Shown: positions 30,122 to 40,567, counted from the stretch's first letter. The stretch is DNA of 64,000 bases from an uncultured archaeon (GCA_963817525.1 CAWFOU010000007.1:1056001-1120000); one strand, 5' to 3'. Numbers and translations are program-made. Notes: generated by a model not told the origin, from the sequence alone.

Positions 30122-30619
30122 GTGGGAGAGTTGCAAAGGGGGGTCGTGATAATAGGTCTCGGCAACGTGTTCCTGCACGACGACGCGGTAGGCGTCAGGG
30201 TCGCCGAGGCGCTGACTGATGTGGCGCCGAACCTGAAAGCCTCCCAAAGCGTCCATGTCGAGAAATACGAGGAGATGGACCTGTCCATCCTGCAGGAGAT
30301 GAAGGACGCGTCCAGGCTGATAATCATAGACTCGATCAAGTCGGGAACGGACCCGGGAACTGTCTCGTTATTCCAACTCGGAGAAAGGCCAGGCGAACTG
30401 GAGAGCATCCCCAGCCTCCACGAGCTCGACCTCTCCGACATGGTGTACCTGGCACAAACGCTCGGGATGCTGCACTGTCCGGTCCTCATAGTGGGAGTCG
30501 AGCCGGAAGACCTCAGCATCGGGGAGGGGCTCTCGGCAAGGGTTGAAGCGGCAATACCTCGCGCCGTGACGGCCGTCCTCTCGAGCCTGGGCGAACAAGG
30601 AGGCAGATGCGGAGAATGA
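30122..30619 (+). CDS. Hydrogenase maturation endopeptidase (HyaD/HybD family)
   Basis: IGLGN..L.DDAVG, IIIDS, SLHE, GVEP...GEGLS. Confidence 0.9.
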   Translation: MGELQRGVVIIGLGNVFLHDDAVGVRVAEALTDVAPNLKASQSVHVEKYEEMDLSILQEMKDASRLIIIDSIKSGTDPGTVSLFQLGERPGELESIPSLHELDLSDMVYLAQTLGMLHCPVLIVGVEPEDLSIGEGLSARVEAAIPRAVTAVLSSLGEQGGRCGE

Positions 30620-30635
30620 GGAGGGCGCGACGGCG

Positions 30636-31490
30636 ATGAGCAATAGCGAGGACGGCCCGGTCATCGCGTCTGCCGCTGAATCGGCGGACTCCGTCGCGTC
30701 AGGCCCTAGGCTGACCGTTCTCTTGGTCAACCAGTCCTCGTCGATGGACTCGCCGTTCGGGGCGTACGGGATATCGATGTCCGAGGGCATCGCGGACGCG
30801 CTGAACCTCTACCTCCAGAGGATCGCGGAAAGAAGGAAGGGCGCAGGCGCTAGCGAGTTCGAGAGCGGGAACTTCGGGGTCTCCATCATCGGCTACGGCT
30901 TCGAGGCGGGCGCGGCTGACAAGATCTTCTCCATGGAGTCGGACAGCGTCTGGGCGGACGAGAGGCGCACGCACTCAGACAAGTCGACCCCGAGCTCAGA
31001 CGACACCCTGTCTAGCTTCTCGACTTGGGTAGACCCCGCCGCGGGGTCGGCCGACGCCCCTCTCTGCAAGGCGCTCTCCACGGCTTCGTCCGTCATAGAG
31101 CCCTGGGTCTCGAAGCACAGGCTGGCCCCTCCCCCGAGGGTGGTCAACATCACCGACGGCGGGATGACCGACGGCGACCCTTCCGAGCCCGCCGAACGGC
31201 TTTGCAGCCTTTCGACCTTGAATGGCGCGACCTCCCTATGGACCTGTCACGTCTGCGGGGACCCGGAGCCGGGAACCCTGCTCTTCCCCAACAACGCGGC
31301 GCTGCTCGCGCCGGAGCTCTCGCCCCTCTTCGCGTCGACGAGCTTCCTGCCCCACGACGGCCTCTCGAACCTTCTGATGGAGTTCCCCGAGGTCTCGAAG
31401 ATATCGGGAGCCAAGGCTTCTGTCTTTTACGCGGACCTCCGGACCCTGGTGAGGTTCCTGGCGTTCGTCACCAGGGTCCCGATGCCCTGA
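30636..31490 (+). CDS. vWA-domain protein (TerY-like) with altered MIDAS
   Basis: LLVNQSSSM, IIGYG, PLCKAL, PP.VVNITDG..TDGDP. Confidence 0.65.
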   Translation: MSNSEDGPVIASAAESADSVASGPRLTVLLVNQSSSMDSPFGAYGISMSEGIADALNLYLQRIAERRKGAGASEFESGNFGVSIIGYGFEAGAADKIFSMESDSVWADERRTHSDKSTPSSDDTLSSFSTWVDPAAGSADAPLCKALSTASSVIEPWVSKHRLAPPPRVVNITDGGMTDGDPSEPAERLCSLSTLNGATSLWTCHVCGDPEPGTLLFPNNAALLAPELSPLFASTSFLPHDGLSNLLMEFPEVSKISGAKASVFYADLRTLVRFLAFVTRVPMP

Positions 31491-31509
31491 CGCGGATCTC
31501 TTTTCCGCG

Positions 31510-31896
31510 TCACCCGACTATCTTGGTGATATCCTTCGCTATCCCTTTTTCTACCTGGGTGGTCCAAAGCGCCTCGGGGACGTCCACGGCGAGGAACAAC
31601 GTGGATAGGAGCAAGGTCTCCACCGCGGCGACCGCCAGACCCTGCACGAACTTGCCTATTCCAAGGTGGATGGTGAAGTCGTTTGGCTCGCCCGTGATCA
31701 TGATTGTGAACGCTCTGTCCGCAAGGACGATGTCGCGAAGAAATCCCGCCTTTTGGACCTGGATTACCCTGCCGAGGGGAGGGTTCGCGTACTGAATCTT
31801 GTATCCCTGCGACTTCAACTGCGCCTGGATTTGCGAAGCGAGCTCGTCCAGGTCCTTGTTCTTGTTCTGAAAGTGCATTACCTTCTCTGAAACCAT
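31510..31896 (-). CDS. Hypothetical protein
   Basis: 128-aa ORF with normal composition and a hydrophobic C-terminal segment. Confidence 0.6.
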   Translation of the reverse strand: MVSEKVMHFQNKNKDLDELASQIQAQLKSQGYKIQYANPPLGRVIQVQKAGFLRDIVLADRAFTIMITGEPNDFTIHLGIGKFVQGLAVAAVETLLLSTLFLAVDVPEALWTTQVEKGIAKDITKIVG

Positions 31897-31999
31897 GTCT
31901 TATCTCGGGCCTTAGAGATGCCAAGAGTTAATACGGGTTTCTGCAGTGAACCCTATTGTCTCCTTCGGCTGGACCCACCGGCGACGGAGGCTCCGAGCC

Positions 32000-33635
32000 T
32001 CAATTGACGCCGTAGCGCCTGACCTTCTCCAGGTCCAGTCCGCGCTTCCTGCACATCGTCTCGATGATGTGTAGCAGCCCCCAACCGCCGAGGTTGAGGG
32101 TGAAGGGCATCGCGGCGCGGCGGAGGGGGTTGCCATGGCTGTCCCTCAGCGAGTCCCTCCTGATCATCTTCGAGAGGTGCCGGTAGCAGGCGTAGTAGAC
32201 CGCGAGCTGGGACTCGTCCAGCATCTCCGGGGTGAAGGCCCGGCTCTTGATCCGCCCGAGCGGCACGTTCTGCATCGGCGTGACGGTGAACTCCGATGGC
32301 ATCGTCCCCACTTGCATGTCGCTGAGCCTGTTCACCATGGCCACGGTCTCCCAGTTGTCCTCGGGCATCTCCGCCATCTGCCCCACCTGGACCGTGAAAG
32401 CGGGGCGCCAGTAGGCACGGTTCATCGCCCTCACCCCTGCCGCGACTATCTCCTGCCAGGAGCCGTCCGGGCCTATCTTGAGCGGCAGCGTCTTGTTCGG
32501 CATGTGGATCTGCGCCAGCCTCTCGCTGCCCGTCTCGAGGCCGACCTGGACGCCTATCCACTTGTCCGGGCCCGCCCCGACCACCGAAGATATCATCTTG
32601 ACGAGGTCGGGATACCCGGCCGGGACGGAGATCCTCCCGTAGGTCGGGTTCGCGTAGGCTATCCCCTTGACCGACATCACGGCGCGGAAGAGGTCTCCTA
32701 TCGCCTCGGGGTTCGGGGTGTAGTGGGGGCCGTGATGATAGGCGAAGATCTCGTCGGTGTGGAGCCAGGCGCTCTTCCTCCCCGCCCTGGCGTTGACCTC
32801 CACCTCCTTCTGGACCATCTCGGGCGTGTAGTACCTGATCGGCCTGAGGGTGACCTCGCAAAAGTCGCAGCCGATGCCGCAGCCGCGCATGATCTCGCTC
32901 AGGGCCTTCACCGTGGGCCCCCTGATGAGAGGGATGTCCTCCAGGGTCGGGAACTGCTTGCCCGAGTGCGTCCGGGTCACGAAGCGGTCGTGCCTCACCC
33001 AGCTCTTCCGGAATGTGGAGTCGAAGGACTGGAAGCCCTGGAAATAGCCCTTCTCGTATATCGTCTCGTTGGCGATGTCTTCGAGGACCTCGTTGATTAT
33101 GTCGTCGGCCTCGCCCTGGAATGCCAGGTCGATGCCGAGCTCGTCCATCACCTCCGGCATCACCGTGAGCTCCCAGACGCCCGGCCCTCCCACCACGACC
33201 TTGGCCTTCTTCCCTCGCCGAGCCCTGTCGAGCCTCCTCATCAGCCTCTCGAACTCCACCCTGGCCCACGCCTTCGACTGGTCCCCGAATAGCACGGAGA
33301 AGGACATCGACAGAGGCCCTAGGCTCAACGGGTCCATGGTGTAGACGCCGACTATCTCTGTGTCGTCCTTGATGAAGGAGCTCGCGAAGTCCTCGTGGGC
33401 GATGACGACGTCCTCTTTCGGGTGGCGCGCCAGGAGCGCGGACTCTAGCTTCCTGAGGGCGTAGGGCGCGAGGACCGCCCTCCCGTTGTCGTCGGGCGTC
33501 CGGCCTCCCTTCAGGAACCTGTAAAGGAACTCGGGCACTATCCCGCTCGGAGCGCACGGCAGAAAGTCGAGCAGGGGGGAAGTTGTTGTACTCGCGCGAG
33601 AGGCTTGGGTCTGAGACGAAGACGTACTTTGCCAT
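32000..33635 (-). CDS. B12-binding radical SAM protein of the Grs/Gms (GDGT lipid-modifying)-like clade; one +1 indel near 33575
   Basis: N-terminus MAKYVFVSD..SREYNNFP joins LLDFLPCAP...GRAVLAPYALRKLE; MDPL.LGP; VVGGPG.WE; EIMRGCGIGCDFC; GLETGS.RL. Confidence 0.75.
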
Positions 33636-33695
33636 CTAACGCCCCTCCTCACACCGCTTCCGAGCTGTGAGGGGGGTCTCCATGCCATGTGCGCC

Positions 33696-34142
33696 TTACG
33701 GTTCGTCCCTGGTCAGGGACATCTCCCGCTGGAGCTTCTGGAGGAGATGACGAAGGGAGTCCTGCTCGTCGGGCGTCAGAGCCTCGAGGGCCTTCTGCAT
33801 GAACCTGTGATACTTCAAGGCGACCGCCTCCTGGGCAGCCCTCCCTTCGTCGGTGAGCTCTATGATGGTGGCCCTCCTGTCTCCGCGGCGCGACGACTTG
33901 CGTATCAGACCCTTGTGCTGCAGCCTCTCCACTATTCCAGTGAGGTTCGCGGGGGTGACGAGCATCTCGTCGCTTATCTGCCTCATCCTCGACGCGCCCT
34001 TCTTCGCGATCACCCTGAGCGCGATGAACTGAGGCTGGGTCAGGTGTTCCTTTGCGAGAAGCCCCGCGATTGCGCGCGTCATGGTCTTGTAGGTAGCAGT
34101 CACCGTGTTGTAGGTCTCGGTGTGACGCTCGTCAAGCACCAT
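33696..34142 (-). CDS. MarR family transcriptional regulator
   Basis: LTQPQF, VTPANLTGIVERL..KGLI...DRR; start at ATG 34142 or GTG 34154. Confidence 0.9.
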   Translation of the reverse strand: MVLDERHTETYNTVTATYKTMTRAIAGLLAKEHLTQPQFIALRVIAKKGASRMRQISDEMLVTPANLTGIVERLQHKGLIRKSSRRGDRRATIIELTDEGRAAQEAVALKYHRFMQKALEALTPDEQDSLRHLLQKLQREMSLTRDEP

Positions 34143-34215
34143 CCCGTTGGCCACGGGGCTGAAGGTAACCGCCAAATTATAAATAGTTAATGCCTTTACT
34201 GACTTTGCTTCAAGC

Positions 34216-35043
34216 TTGAATTCCAGCAACATCACGTCCGAGATGACGAGCTTCAGCGGGGCGCGCGGCCCTGTCCAGGCGTACCTCACCAGGCCGAAGG
34301 GAGCTGAGCCTAGGCCGGCCGTCCTCGTGATCCACGAGATAATGGGGCTGACCGACCATACCAAGGCGGTCGCCGACAGGTTCTCGCGGGAGGGCTACGT
34401 GACCCTCGCCCCCAACCTCTTCTCGTCCGACCCCGAGCTCTCCTCGCTCTTCACCCCCCAGAACGTGGGGCTCGGGCTGGGCTTCATGCAGAAGATCCCG
34501 CCGGAGAAGAGGGGCGACCAGGCCTTCGTGCAGCAGCTGCTGGCAAAGGAACCGCCTGCGACCAGGGACGTCGTGCAGAGAGTGATGGGAAAGATGTTCG
34601 GGGGGATGCCGAAGGAGGCGCTCACGCAAGAGGGCGTTAAGGCCGTGGAGTTCCTGGACTCACAGGAGTTCGTCAGGAGGGGCTCCGTCGGCGTGGTGGG
34701 CTTCTGCTTCGGCGGCGGAATGTCGATAAACATAGCCTGCCACACCAAGACGGCCGCCTGCGTGGTCTTCTACGGCGAGAACCCGTCCCCCATAGAGCTG
34801 GTCGAGAAGATACAGGGCCCTGTGCTAGGCATCTACGGGGCGGAGGACTCGCGGATAAGCGCGACCCTCGATCAGCTCGTAGCCGCGATGGTGCACTACA
34901 AGAAGGACTTCCAGATGAGGATCTATCCCGGGGCGGGGCACGCCTTCTTCAACGAGTCGAACAAGATGACCTACAGGGAGGAAGCTGCCAAGGACGCGTG
35001 GGACCAAACGGCCAGGTTCTTCTCCCAGTCGCTTCGGGGCTGA
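34216..35043 (+). CDS. Dienelactone hydrolase family protein
   Basis: VIHEIMGL, GFCFGG, FYG, YPGAGHAFFN. Confidence 0.92.
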   Translation: MNSSNITSEMTSFSGARGPVQAYLTRPKGAEPRPAVLVIHEIMGLTDHTKAVADRFSREGYVTLAPNLFSSDPELSSLFTPQNVGLGLGFMQKIPPEKRGDQAFVQQLLAKEPPATRDVVQRVMGKMFGGMPKEALTQEGVKAVEFLDSQEFVRRGSVGVVGFCFGGGMSINIACHTKTAACVVFYGENPSPIELVEKIQGPVLGIYGAEDSRISATLDQLVAAMVHYKKDFQMRIYPGAGHAFFNESNKMTYREEAAKDAWDQTARFFSQSLRG

Positions 35044-35110
35044 CGTCCTGAAGGGACCGGGCGGTCTGGGCGGAGAAGAGGTGCAAGCCTGAACGGTCGA
35101 GTACAAGTGG

Positions 35111-36835
35111 GTGGCGCTCTCCAACACTACCATCGGGACGCTGATGGCGGCAATCGACGGCACGATCGTCCTGATCTCACTCCCCGCCATCTTCCGGGGC
35201 ATAGACATCAACCCACTCGCTTCGTTCCAGTATCTGCTCTGGGTCCTCTTCGGATACAGCGTGGTGACCTCGACCCTACTAGTTTCCTTCGGACGGATAT
35301 CGGACATGTACGGGCGAGTCAGGCTCTTCAACATGGGCTTCGCCATCTTCACCATCGGCTCGCTGATGTGCGCGGCCACGCCCAACACGGGCGACCTCGG
35401 AGCGACGGAGCTCATCGTGTTCAGGATAATCCAGGGCGTCGGAGGAGCCTTCCTGCTCTCCAACAGCGCCGCGATCTTGACAGACGCGTTCCCAGCAAAC
35501 GAGAGAGGCAAGGCCCTCGGGATAAACATGACCGCGGCCATCGCGGGCTCGCTCGTCGGCCTCGTGCTGGGAGGGATACTCGCCCTCTTCGACTGGCGCT
35601 ACATCTTCCTCGTCAGCGTGCCTGTAGGCGCGGTGGGTACGGTCTGGTCCTATCTGAAGCTGAAGGAGGCTGGCACCATGGCGAAGAATCATCGCCTCGA
35701 CCTCTGGGGGAACGTGACCTTCGCCCTGGGGCTCATCCTGGCGCTCGTCGGGGTGACGTACGCCCTGATCCCGTCTGGAAGCTCTTCGATGGGATGGGGC
35801 GATCCGTGGGTCATAGCCTCGCTCGCCTCTGGGCTCGCGCTCCTCGTGGCCTTCCCCTTCATAGAGAGCAGGGTGGCAAACCCGATGTTTCGCCTCGAGC
35901 TCTTCAGGAACAGGATGTTCAGCGCCGCCAACATGGCGGGGCTGCTCTCCTCGGTGGGCAGGGGCGGTGTGCAGATAATGCTCATCATACTCCTGCAGGG
36001 GATATGGCTCCCCCTCCACGGGATCAGCTACAAAGACACGCCCTTCTGGGCGGGGGTGTACATGATCCCGATGATCCTCGGGTTCACGATAATGGGTCCC
36101 CTGACCGGCTACCTCTCCGACAAATACGGAGCCAGGATCTTTGCTACGCTGGCAATGGTGATCACTGCCGCGACCTTTCTCGCCCTTTCACTCCTGCCGT
36201 ACAACTTCAGCTATCTCCCGTTCGGGATAACAATCTTCGTCATGGGGCTCGGGGGAGGGATGTTCGCGGCCCCCAACACGGCCTCCATAATGAACTCGGT
36301 CCCACCCGAACACAGGGGCGCGGCGTCGGGCATGCGGGCGACGCTCCAGAACACCGGACAGACCGTGAGCCTGGCAATCTTCTTCACGGTGATAATCACT
36401 GGGCTCTCCAGCAGCCTGCCGAAGGCGCTCTCGAGCGCCATGACGAGCGCCGGCGTCCCGCAGCTCGCGGGAGCGTTCACCTCCATATCGCCGACCAGCG
36501 CCCTCTTCTCAGCCTTCTTGGGATACAACCCCATGCAGTCGATCCTATCCCTCCCGCAGCTATCCACAGTGGTCAGCCAGATACCATCGTCGACGTTGGC
36601 GTACTTGGAGGGGCAGACCTTCTTCCCCAATGCGATTGCTCCTGCGTTCATCTCCGCCCTGGACCTTGCGTTCTACATCGGGGCGGCGCTTTCCTTGGCC
36701 GCGGCCGTCGCGTCGCTCCTGAGAGGCAAGGTGTACATCTACGGCCAAGGGGAGCAGGCAAAGCCGATCCCTGCTCCGGCCGTGCCGACCAAGGCGAGCG
36801 GTCGCGAAGAGGCCGTGGCGGATTCGACCGGCTGA
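35111..36835 (+). CDS. MFS transporter (DHA2-like, 14 TM)
   Basis: GRISDMYGR motif [25 protein letters not shown]. Confidence 0.92.
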   Translation: MALSNTTIGTLMAAIDGTIVLISLPAIFRGIDINPLASFQYLLWVLFGYSVVTSTLLVSFGRISDMYGRVRLFNMGFAIFTIGSLMCAATPNTGDLGATELIVFRIIQGVGGAFLLSNSAAILTDAFPANERGKALGINMTAAIAGSLVGLVLGGILALFDWRYIFLVSVPVGAVGTVWSYLKLKEAGTMAKNHRLDLWGNVTFALGLILALVGVTYALIPSGSSSMGWGDPWVIASLASGLALLVAFPFIESRVANPMFRLELFRNRMFSAANMAGLLSSVGRGGVQIMLIILLQGIWLPLHGISYKDTPFWAGVYMIPMILGFTIMGPLTGYLSDKYGARIFATLAMVITAATFLALSLLPYNFSYLPFGITIFVMGLGGGMFAAPNTASIMNSVPPEHRGAASGMRATLQNTGQTVSLAIFFTVIITGLSSSLPKALSSAMTSAGVPQLAGAFTSISPTSALFSAFLGYNPMQSILSLPQLSTVVSQIPSSTLAYLEGQTFFPNAIAPAFISALDLAFYIGAALSLAAAVASLLRGKVYIYGQGEQAKPIPAPAVPTKASGREEAVADSTG

Positions 36836-36869
36836 GGGTGCGGAACGTCCCCGCATGGACGCCAGACTC

Positions 36870-37667
36870 CTATTTTGTCAGCGAGGACGCGAGCCGGTCG
36901 AGCGCGACGGAGATTCCATTCCCCCGCGCCCGGAGCAGGCTGACCAATCCCTCGGAGCTCACCGTCGGCTCCAGTGGGAGCTCGACCAACACCCTCGACC
37001 TTAGGCTGCGCTCAATGGATTCTCGGTCAGGCTTGCCGAAAGGATAGAGCACCCTCCCCTTGCTCGCCTTGAGATACGCCATGTTCAACACTATGCCTTC
37101 CACGGGCACCCGCTCGATCTCCGCGAGGCGCCGAAGCCTCGACACGACGGTCGTAGCTCCCTTCGAGGGCGTCGTGACCAGGATCAACGTTGATTTGCCT
37201 TGGAAGAGCGCGAACGCGGAGAGGAGCTCGTCGCCGGTGCTCGGGGGGAGGTCGACGACGAGGAAGTCAAGCTTCCCCCAGTTCGTCGACGCGAAGAGCT
37301 GGGTAATCAGGCTCTGTTTCTTGTCCCCCCTGAGCGGTATCGGTTTCTCGCCGGTGAACAAGGCTAGGGACATGACCTTCAGTCCCGCGACCTTCTTGGG
37401 CTCGAGCCCCCTGGCGGTGCTGCTGACCGGGGGCCTCACCCCCAGATAGCCTGGGACGCTGGCCCCGTGGATGTCGATGTCGAGCACGCCTGTCCTGTAG
37501 CCCTTCCGCTCTAGCGAGAGGGCCAGCCCGCAAGACACGAAGCTCTTGCCGACCCCGCCCTTTCCGCTCCCGACGAGGATGACCCGGCCAACGGCCTCCA
37601 TCTTCTTCCTCGAAGCTGCCCCCTCGAAATCTATCCAAGCCAACGGCTCTCTCCGCCTCCCCTTCAA
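36870..37667 (-). CDS. Mrp/MinD-family P-loop ATPase; likely ATPase-type HypB (Thermococcales-like)
   Basis: GKGGVGKS, DIDIHG, DLPPSTGDE; lacks the Mrp CxxC; overlaps the hypA stop. Confidence 0.8.
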   Translation of the reverse strand: MKGRRREPLAWIDFEGAASRKKMEAVGRVILVGSGKGGVGKSFVSCGLALSLERKGYRTGVLDIDIHGASVPGYLGVRPPVSSTARGLEPKKVAGLKVMSLALFTGEKPIPLRGDKKQSLITQLFASTNWGKLDFLVVDLPPSTGDELLSAFALFQGKSTLILVTTPSKGATTVVSRLRRLAEIERVPVEGIVLNMAYLKASKGRVLYPFGKPDRESIERSLRSRVLVELPLEPTVSSEGLVSLLRARGNGISVALDRLASSLTK

Positions 37668-38101
37668 TCTAACACGACCCTCGCGATCCGGATGTCCTCG
37701 CCCCTTGTGGCTGTCGAGTCGGAGCTCCCGCAGCCGGGGCATCTGACGAAGCTGGGATACAGATACGGGAGAAAGTGCATCGGGAGCTCGACGCTGTCGG
37801 GCTCGCGGATCCTCAGGTCGTCGGGCACTGTGAGCAGCTGTTTCCTTGTCTCGTCCATCCCCCATTCCTTTCCGCACCTTCTGCACGTGAACGAGGCCTC
37901 TGTGACGCGGACTACCACCCTCGCGTCTTCCAGCCTCGGTCCCCTCATCAGGAGCCGCAGCGCGGCCTCAAGGGCCTTCACGTCCAGCTGCATGAGCTCC
38001 CCGACCTCGATCTCGACCGAGGCCACCTTCTCTGCGTTTGCCTTGTCTGCCTCAGCGAGGAGGGAGTCGACGATGCTCTGCGCGATTCCGAGTTCGTGCA
38101 A
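37664..38101 (-). CDS. hypA: Hydrogenase nickel metallochaperone HypA (long archaeal type)
   Basis: MHE.GIA, GEL, CRRC...CPGC with an insert between the CxxC pairs. Confidence 0.92.
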   Translation of the reverse strand: MHELGIAQSIVDSLLAEADKANAEKVASVEIEVGELMQLDVKALEAALRLLMRGPRLEDARVVVRVTEASFTCRRCGKEWGMDETRKQLLTVPDDLRIREPDSVELPMHFLPYLYPSFVRCPGCGSSDSTATRGEDIRIARVVLD

Positions 38102-38168
38102 TTGCGGGCCGCCGTTTCCAAACCGGGCGGTCTACTAAACGAATTGGTCTTGGGCGCCAGGCTGGTCG

Positions 38169-39404
38169 CTAGAGCGCGGCCTTGACGGGCGGCCCGACTG
38201 GAGGTCTGTCGACCTGGTGCGGCTCGGCCGTCTCGCCGAAGTAGGCGTCCATCAGCCAGCTCCAGCCTCCTTGGATCGTGGACCAGTATATCTTCGCGAA
38301 CTCCCTCTTCATTTCGTAGCGCATGAAGGTCGGCTTTTCGGGCCCGGGCGCGGCATCGTAGGTCCCTGAGACGAAGAGCGCCCTCCGTCGTCCCGTTTCC
38401 ATCGGGCAGTTGATCCTCCCGTTGTATTCGAAGACCTCTCCGCCCCCGTTCAGGTCAGACGCGAGGTTCTTGGCGATTGTCTCCGCCTGCAGGTGCGCCA
38501 CCACGCCTGACTTTGAGATTGCTATGCTCGTGGCGTCGCCGAGCGCGTAGGCGTCCGTGCAGTCCTTCACTCTCATGGTGCGCTTGTCGGCAGGTATCCA
38601 TCCCTCCTCGTCCCCGATTCCCGAGGCCAGGACCACGTCAGCTCCTCTATGCGGGGGCACCGCGATGAGCAGGTCGTAGTCCTGGCTCTCCCCTTCGAGG
38701 TCGTAGATCTTCTTCGCGGACGGGTCGACGTGATCGGCTGCGAAGAACGGGACTACCTCGATGCCCCTCCTCTCGAACATCGGCTGTATCACCTCGGAGA
38801 TGTGCTCGGCCGGATACGCCCGGGGGTAGGGAGTGACGAACTTGATCCCCACCGATTTCCTGTTTCCGCGCTTCCGGAAGAACTCGTCTATCATGAACGC
38901 GGCCTCGTTCGGGGACGGAGGGCACTTGTGGGGGACGCTCGTGATGGCCACCACCACCTTCCCCCTCTTGAAACGCTGGAGGGCCTCCCATATCTTTGAC
39001 GCCTCGACGCCTCCGGTGTGAAAGTTCAACGAGCCCTCGAGCAGGCCGGGCATGAGCTCGGGCCTGGCGACGGCCCCCGTGGCGAAGACGACGTAGTCGT
39101 ACGACATCGCCGTCCCTCGTCGAGTCCTAAGGACCTTCTCTTTCATGTCGACGCTGGCCGCTCCGTCGCTGACGTATTCCACGCCCTTCTTCAGGAGTGT
39201 CGTTTCGCGGCGGACGGCCACCTTGGGGTCCGCCCCTTTGAACGCGATGTCGAGGTTGGCGGGCTGGAACGCGTGCTCGTCCCCTTCACCCACGAGCTGG
39301 ACGCCGACCTTGCCGCTGCGTATCTGTGCGTGGAGGTCACGGGCGAGGAGATTGGCGAGTAAGGTGCCCCCTGACCCCGCACCGACGATTACGACCCTCT
39401 TCAA
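38169..39404 (-). CDS. Sulfide:quinone oxidoreductase-like flavoprotein (type III-like)
   Basis: GAGSGG, KCPP.P.E, IAVPPH.G, GDAT....KSG..AH, YNG...C. Confidence 0.8.
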   Translation of the reverse strand: MKRVVIVGAGSGGTLLANLLARDLHAQIRSGKVGVQLVGEGDEHAFQPANLDIAFKGADPKVAVRRETTLLKKGVEYVSDGAASVDMKEKVLRTRRGTAMSYDYVVFATGAVARPELMPGLLEGSLNFHTGGVEASKIWEALQRFKRGKVVVAITSVPHKCPPSPNEAAFMIDEFFRKRGNRKSVGIKFVTPYPRAYPAEHISEVIQPMFERRGIEVVPFFAADHVDPSAKKIYDLEGESQDYDLLIAVPPHRGADVVLASGIGDEEGWIPADKRTMRVKDCTDAYALGDATSIAISKSGVVAHLQAETIAKNLASDLNGGGEVFEYNGRINCPMETGRRRALFVSGTYDAAPGPEKPTFMRYEMKREFAKIYWSTIQGGWSWLMDAYFGETAEPHQVDRPPVGPPVKAAL

Positions 39405-39408
39405 GGAG

Positions 39409-39657
39409 CTACGCCCTCTTCTTTGTGACCCGGACGTCTATCCGTGTGTAGCCGTTCTCGTCGGCGATTTCTAGCACCTGATTCCCCGTGTGAGCCGCCC
39501 ACGCCTGTATGTCGCTCTTCGCGGCGGGGTCGGTCGCCCAGACCTCCAGGACCGACCCAAGTTCGGCAGTCCTGTACGCCCTGAAGAGGTCGGTGAGCGG
39601 CCCGGGGCAGAAGCTGCCCCTCGAGTCGATGACCTTCTTCTGGCCGGCTGCTTCCAT
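39409..39657 (-). CDS. tusA: Sulfurtransferase TusA family protein
   Basis: D.RG.FCPGP...ATDP...DI.AW. Confidence 0.9.
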   Translation of the reverse strand: MEAAGQKKVIDSRGSFCPGPLTDLFRAYRTAELGSVLEVWATDPAAKSDIQAWAAHTGNQVLEIADENGYTRIDVRVTKKRA

Positions 39658-39669
39658 CCCTGCCGCCCC

Positions 39670-40131
39670 TCAGATGAAGATCGTCTGACCGCCTTCAGCG
39701 AGGTGAAGGAAGGTCGAGGCGCCCACGATGTCGTCGACCTCTGGGATGAAGTCCTCCTTCTTGAGCCCCATCATCTCCATCGTGGTAGAGCACGCGTGGA
39801 AGTGCACCCCCATGTCGTGCGCGTTGGCGACCATCTCTGGTATCGTCGGGATCTTCAGCTGTTTTATGGCAGCCCTTACCATCGGAGTGGTCATGCCTGG
39901 ACTCGCATCCGGGCCGACCTCGAGATTGGCCTCTTGGTTCCTGTTGATCACGGCCATCCCCCAAAATGTGAAGAAGACGTGAACCTGCATTCCCATGGCT
40001 GCCCCTGCGCTTGCGAGCATGAATGCAGGATAGGCCATGTCGAGCGATCCCTTCGAGAGTATTATCGAGAGCTTGTGGACCTGCTGAGTTTCAGGCTCCG
40101 ACCTTAATGCGGTCATTTCTGCCAACTTCAA
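39670..40131 (-). CDS. DsrE/DsrF/DrsH-like (DsrE2-type) protein
   Basis: G.LDMAYPAF.LA, FFTFWG, ACSTTM.MMG, VGA.TFL. Confidence 0.88.
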   Translation of the reverse strand: MKLAEMTALRSEPETQQVHKLSIILSKGSLDMAYPAFMLASAGAAMGMQVHVFFTFWGMAVINRNQEANLEVGPDASPGMTTPMVRAAIKQLKIPTIPEMVANAHDMGVHFHACSTTMEMMGLKKEDFIPEVDDIVGASTFLHLAEGGQTIFI

Positions 40132-40216
40132 ACACCTGTGTGGTGGAGAGGCGTCCCGATATATAATTCCTGGACACGATTCTCGGCCGAGAGAACGGCC
40201 TCGGGAGGCAGGCGCC

Positions 40217-40567
40217 CTAGCCGCTTCCGTTCGCGCGGTCCACGATCGCGTTGGAGATCTGCTCTGCGGTCTTCCCCACGGTCGGGATTCCCAAGCGCTG
40301 AGCGGTCTCGATGAGCGCCGCGTTGGTCTCGGCCGCGGACGCCGCGGGAGCCGGAGCTGTCCCGACGGCGGGAGACGTGACCGATGCGAAGGTGCTCGCC
40401 AGGCTGCCCAGTCCGACTGGCTTCTGCGCCGCCCCGGCGGCGAACTCGTTCTTAGCCTGCCCCAGCGCCCGGGCGAGCTCCGGGATCTTCCTGGGCCCCC
40501 ACATTATGAACACCACAACCAGCGCCCCGACTATCAGGAGCTGCAACGGGTCGTCGAACAATGACAT
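40217..40567 (-). CDS. tatA: Twin-arginine translocase TatA/E
   Basis: Short TM followed by GP.KIPELARALG.A..EF. Confidence 0.88.
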   Translation of the reverse strand: MSLFDDPLQLLIVGALVVVFIMWGPRKIPELARALGQAKNEFAAGAAQKPVGLGSLASTFASVTSPAVGTAPAPAASAAETNAALIETAQRLGIPTVGKTAEQISNAIVDRANGSG

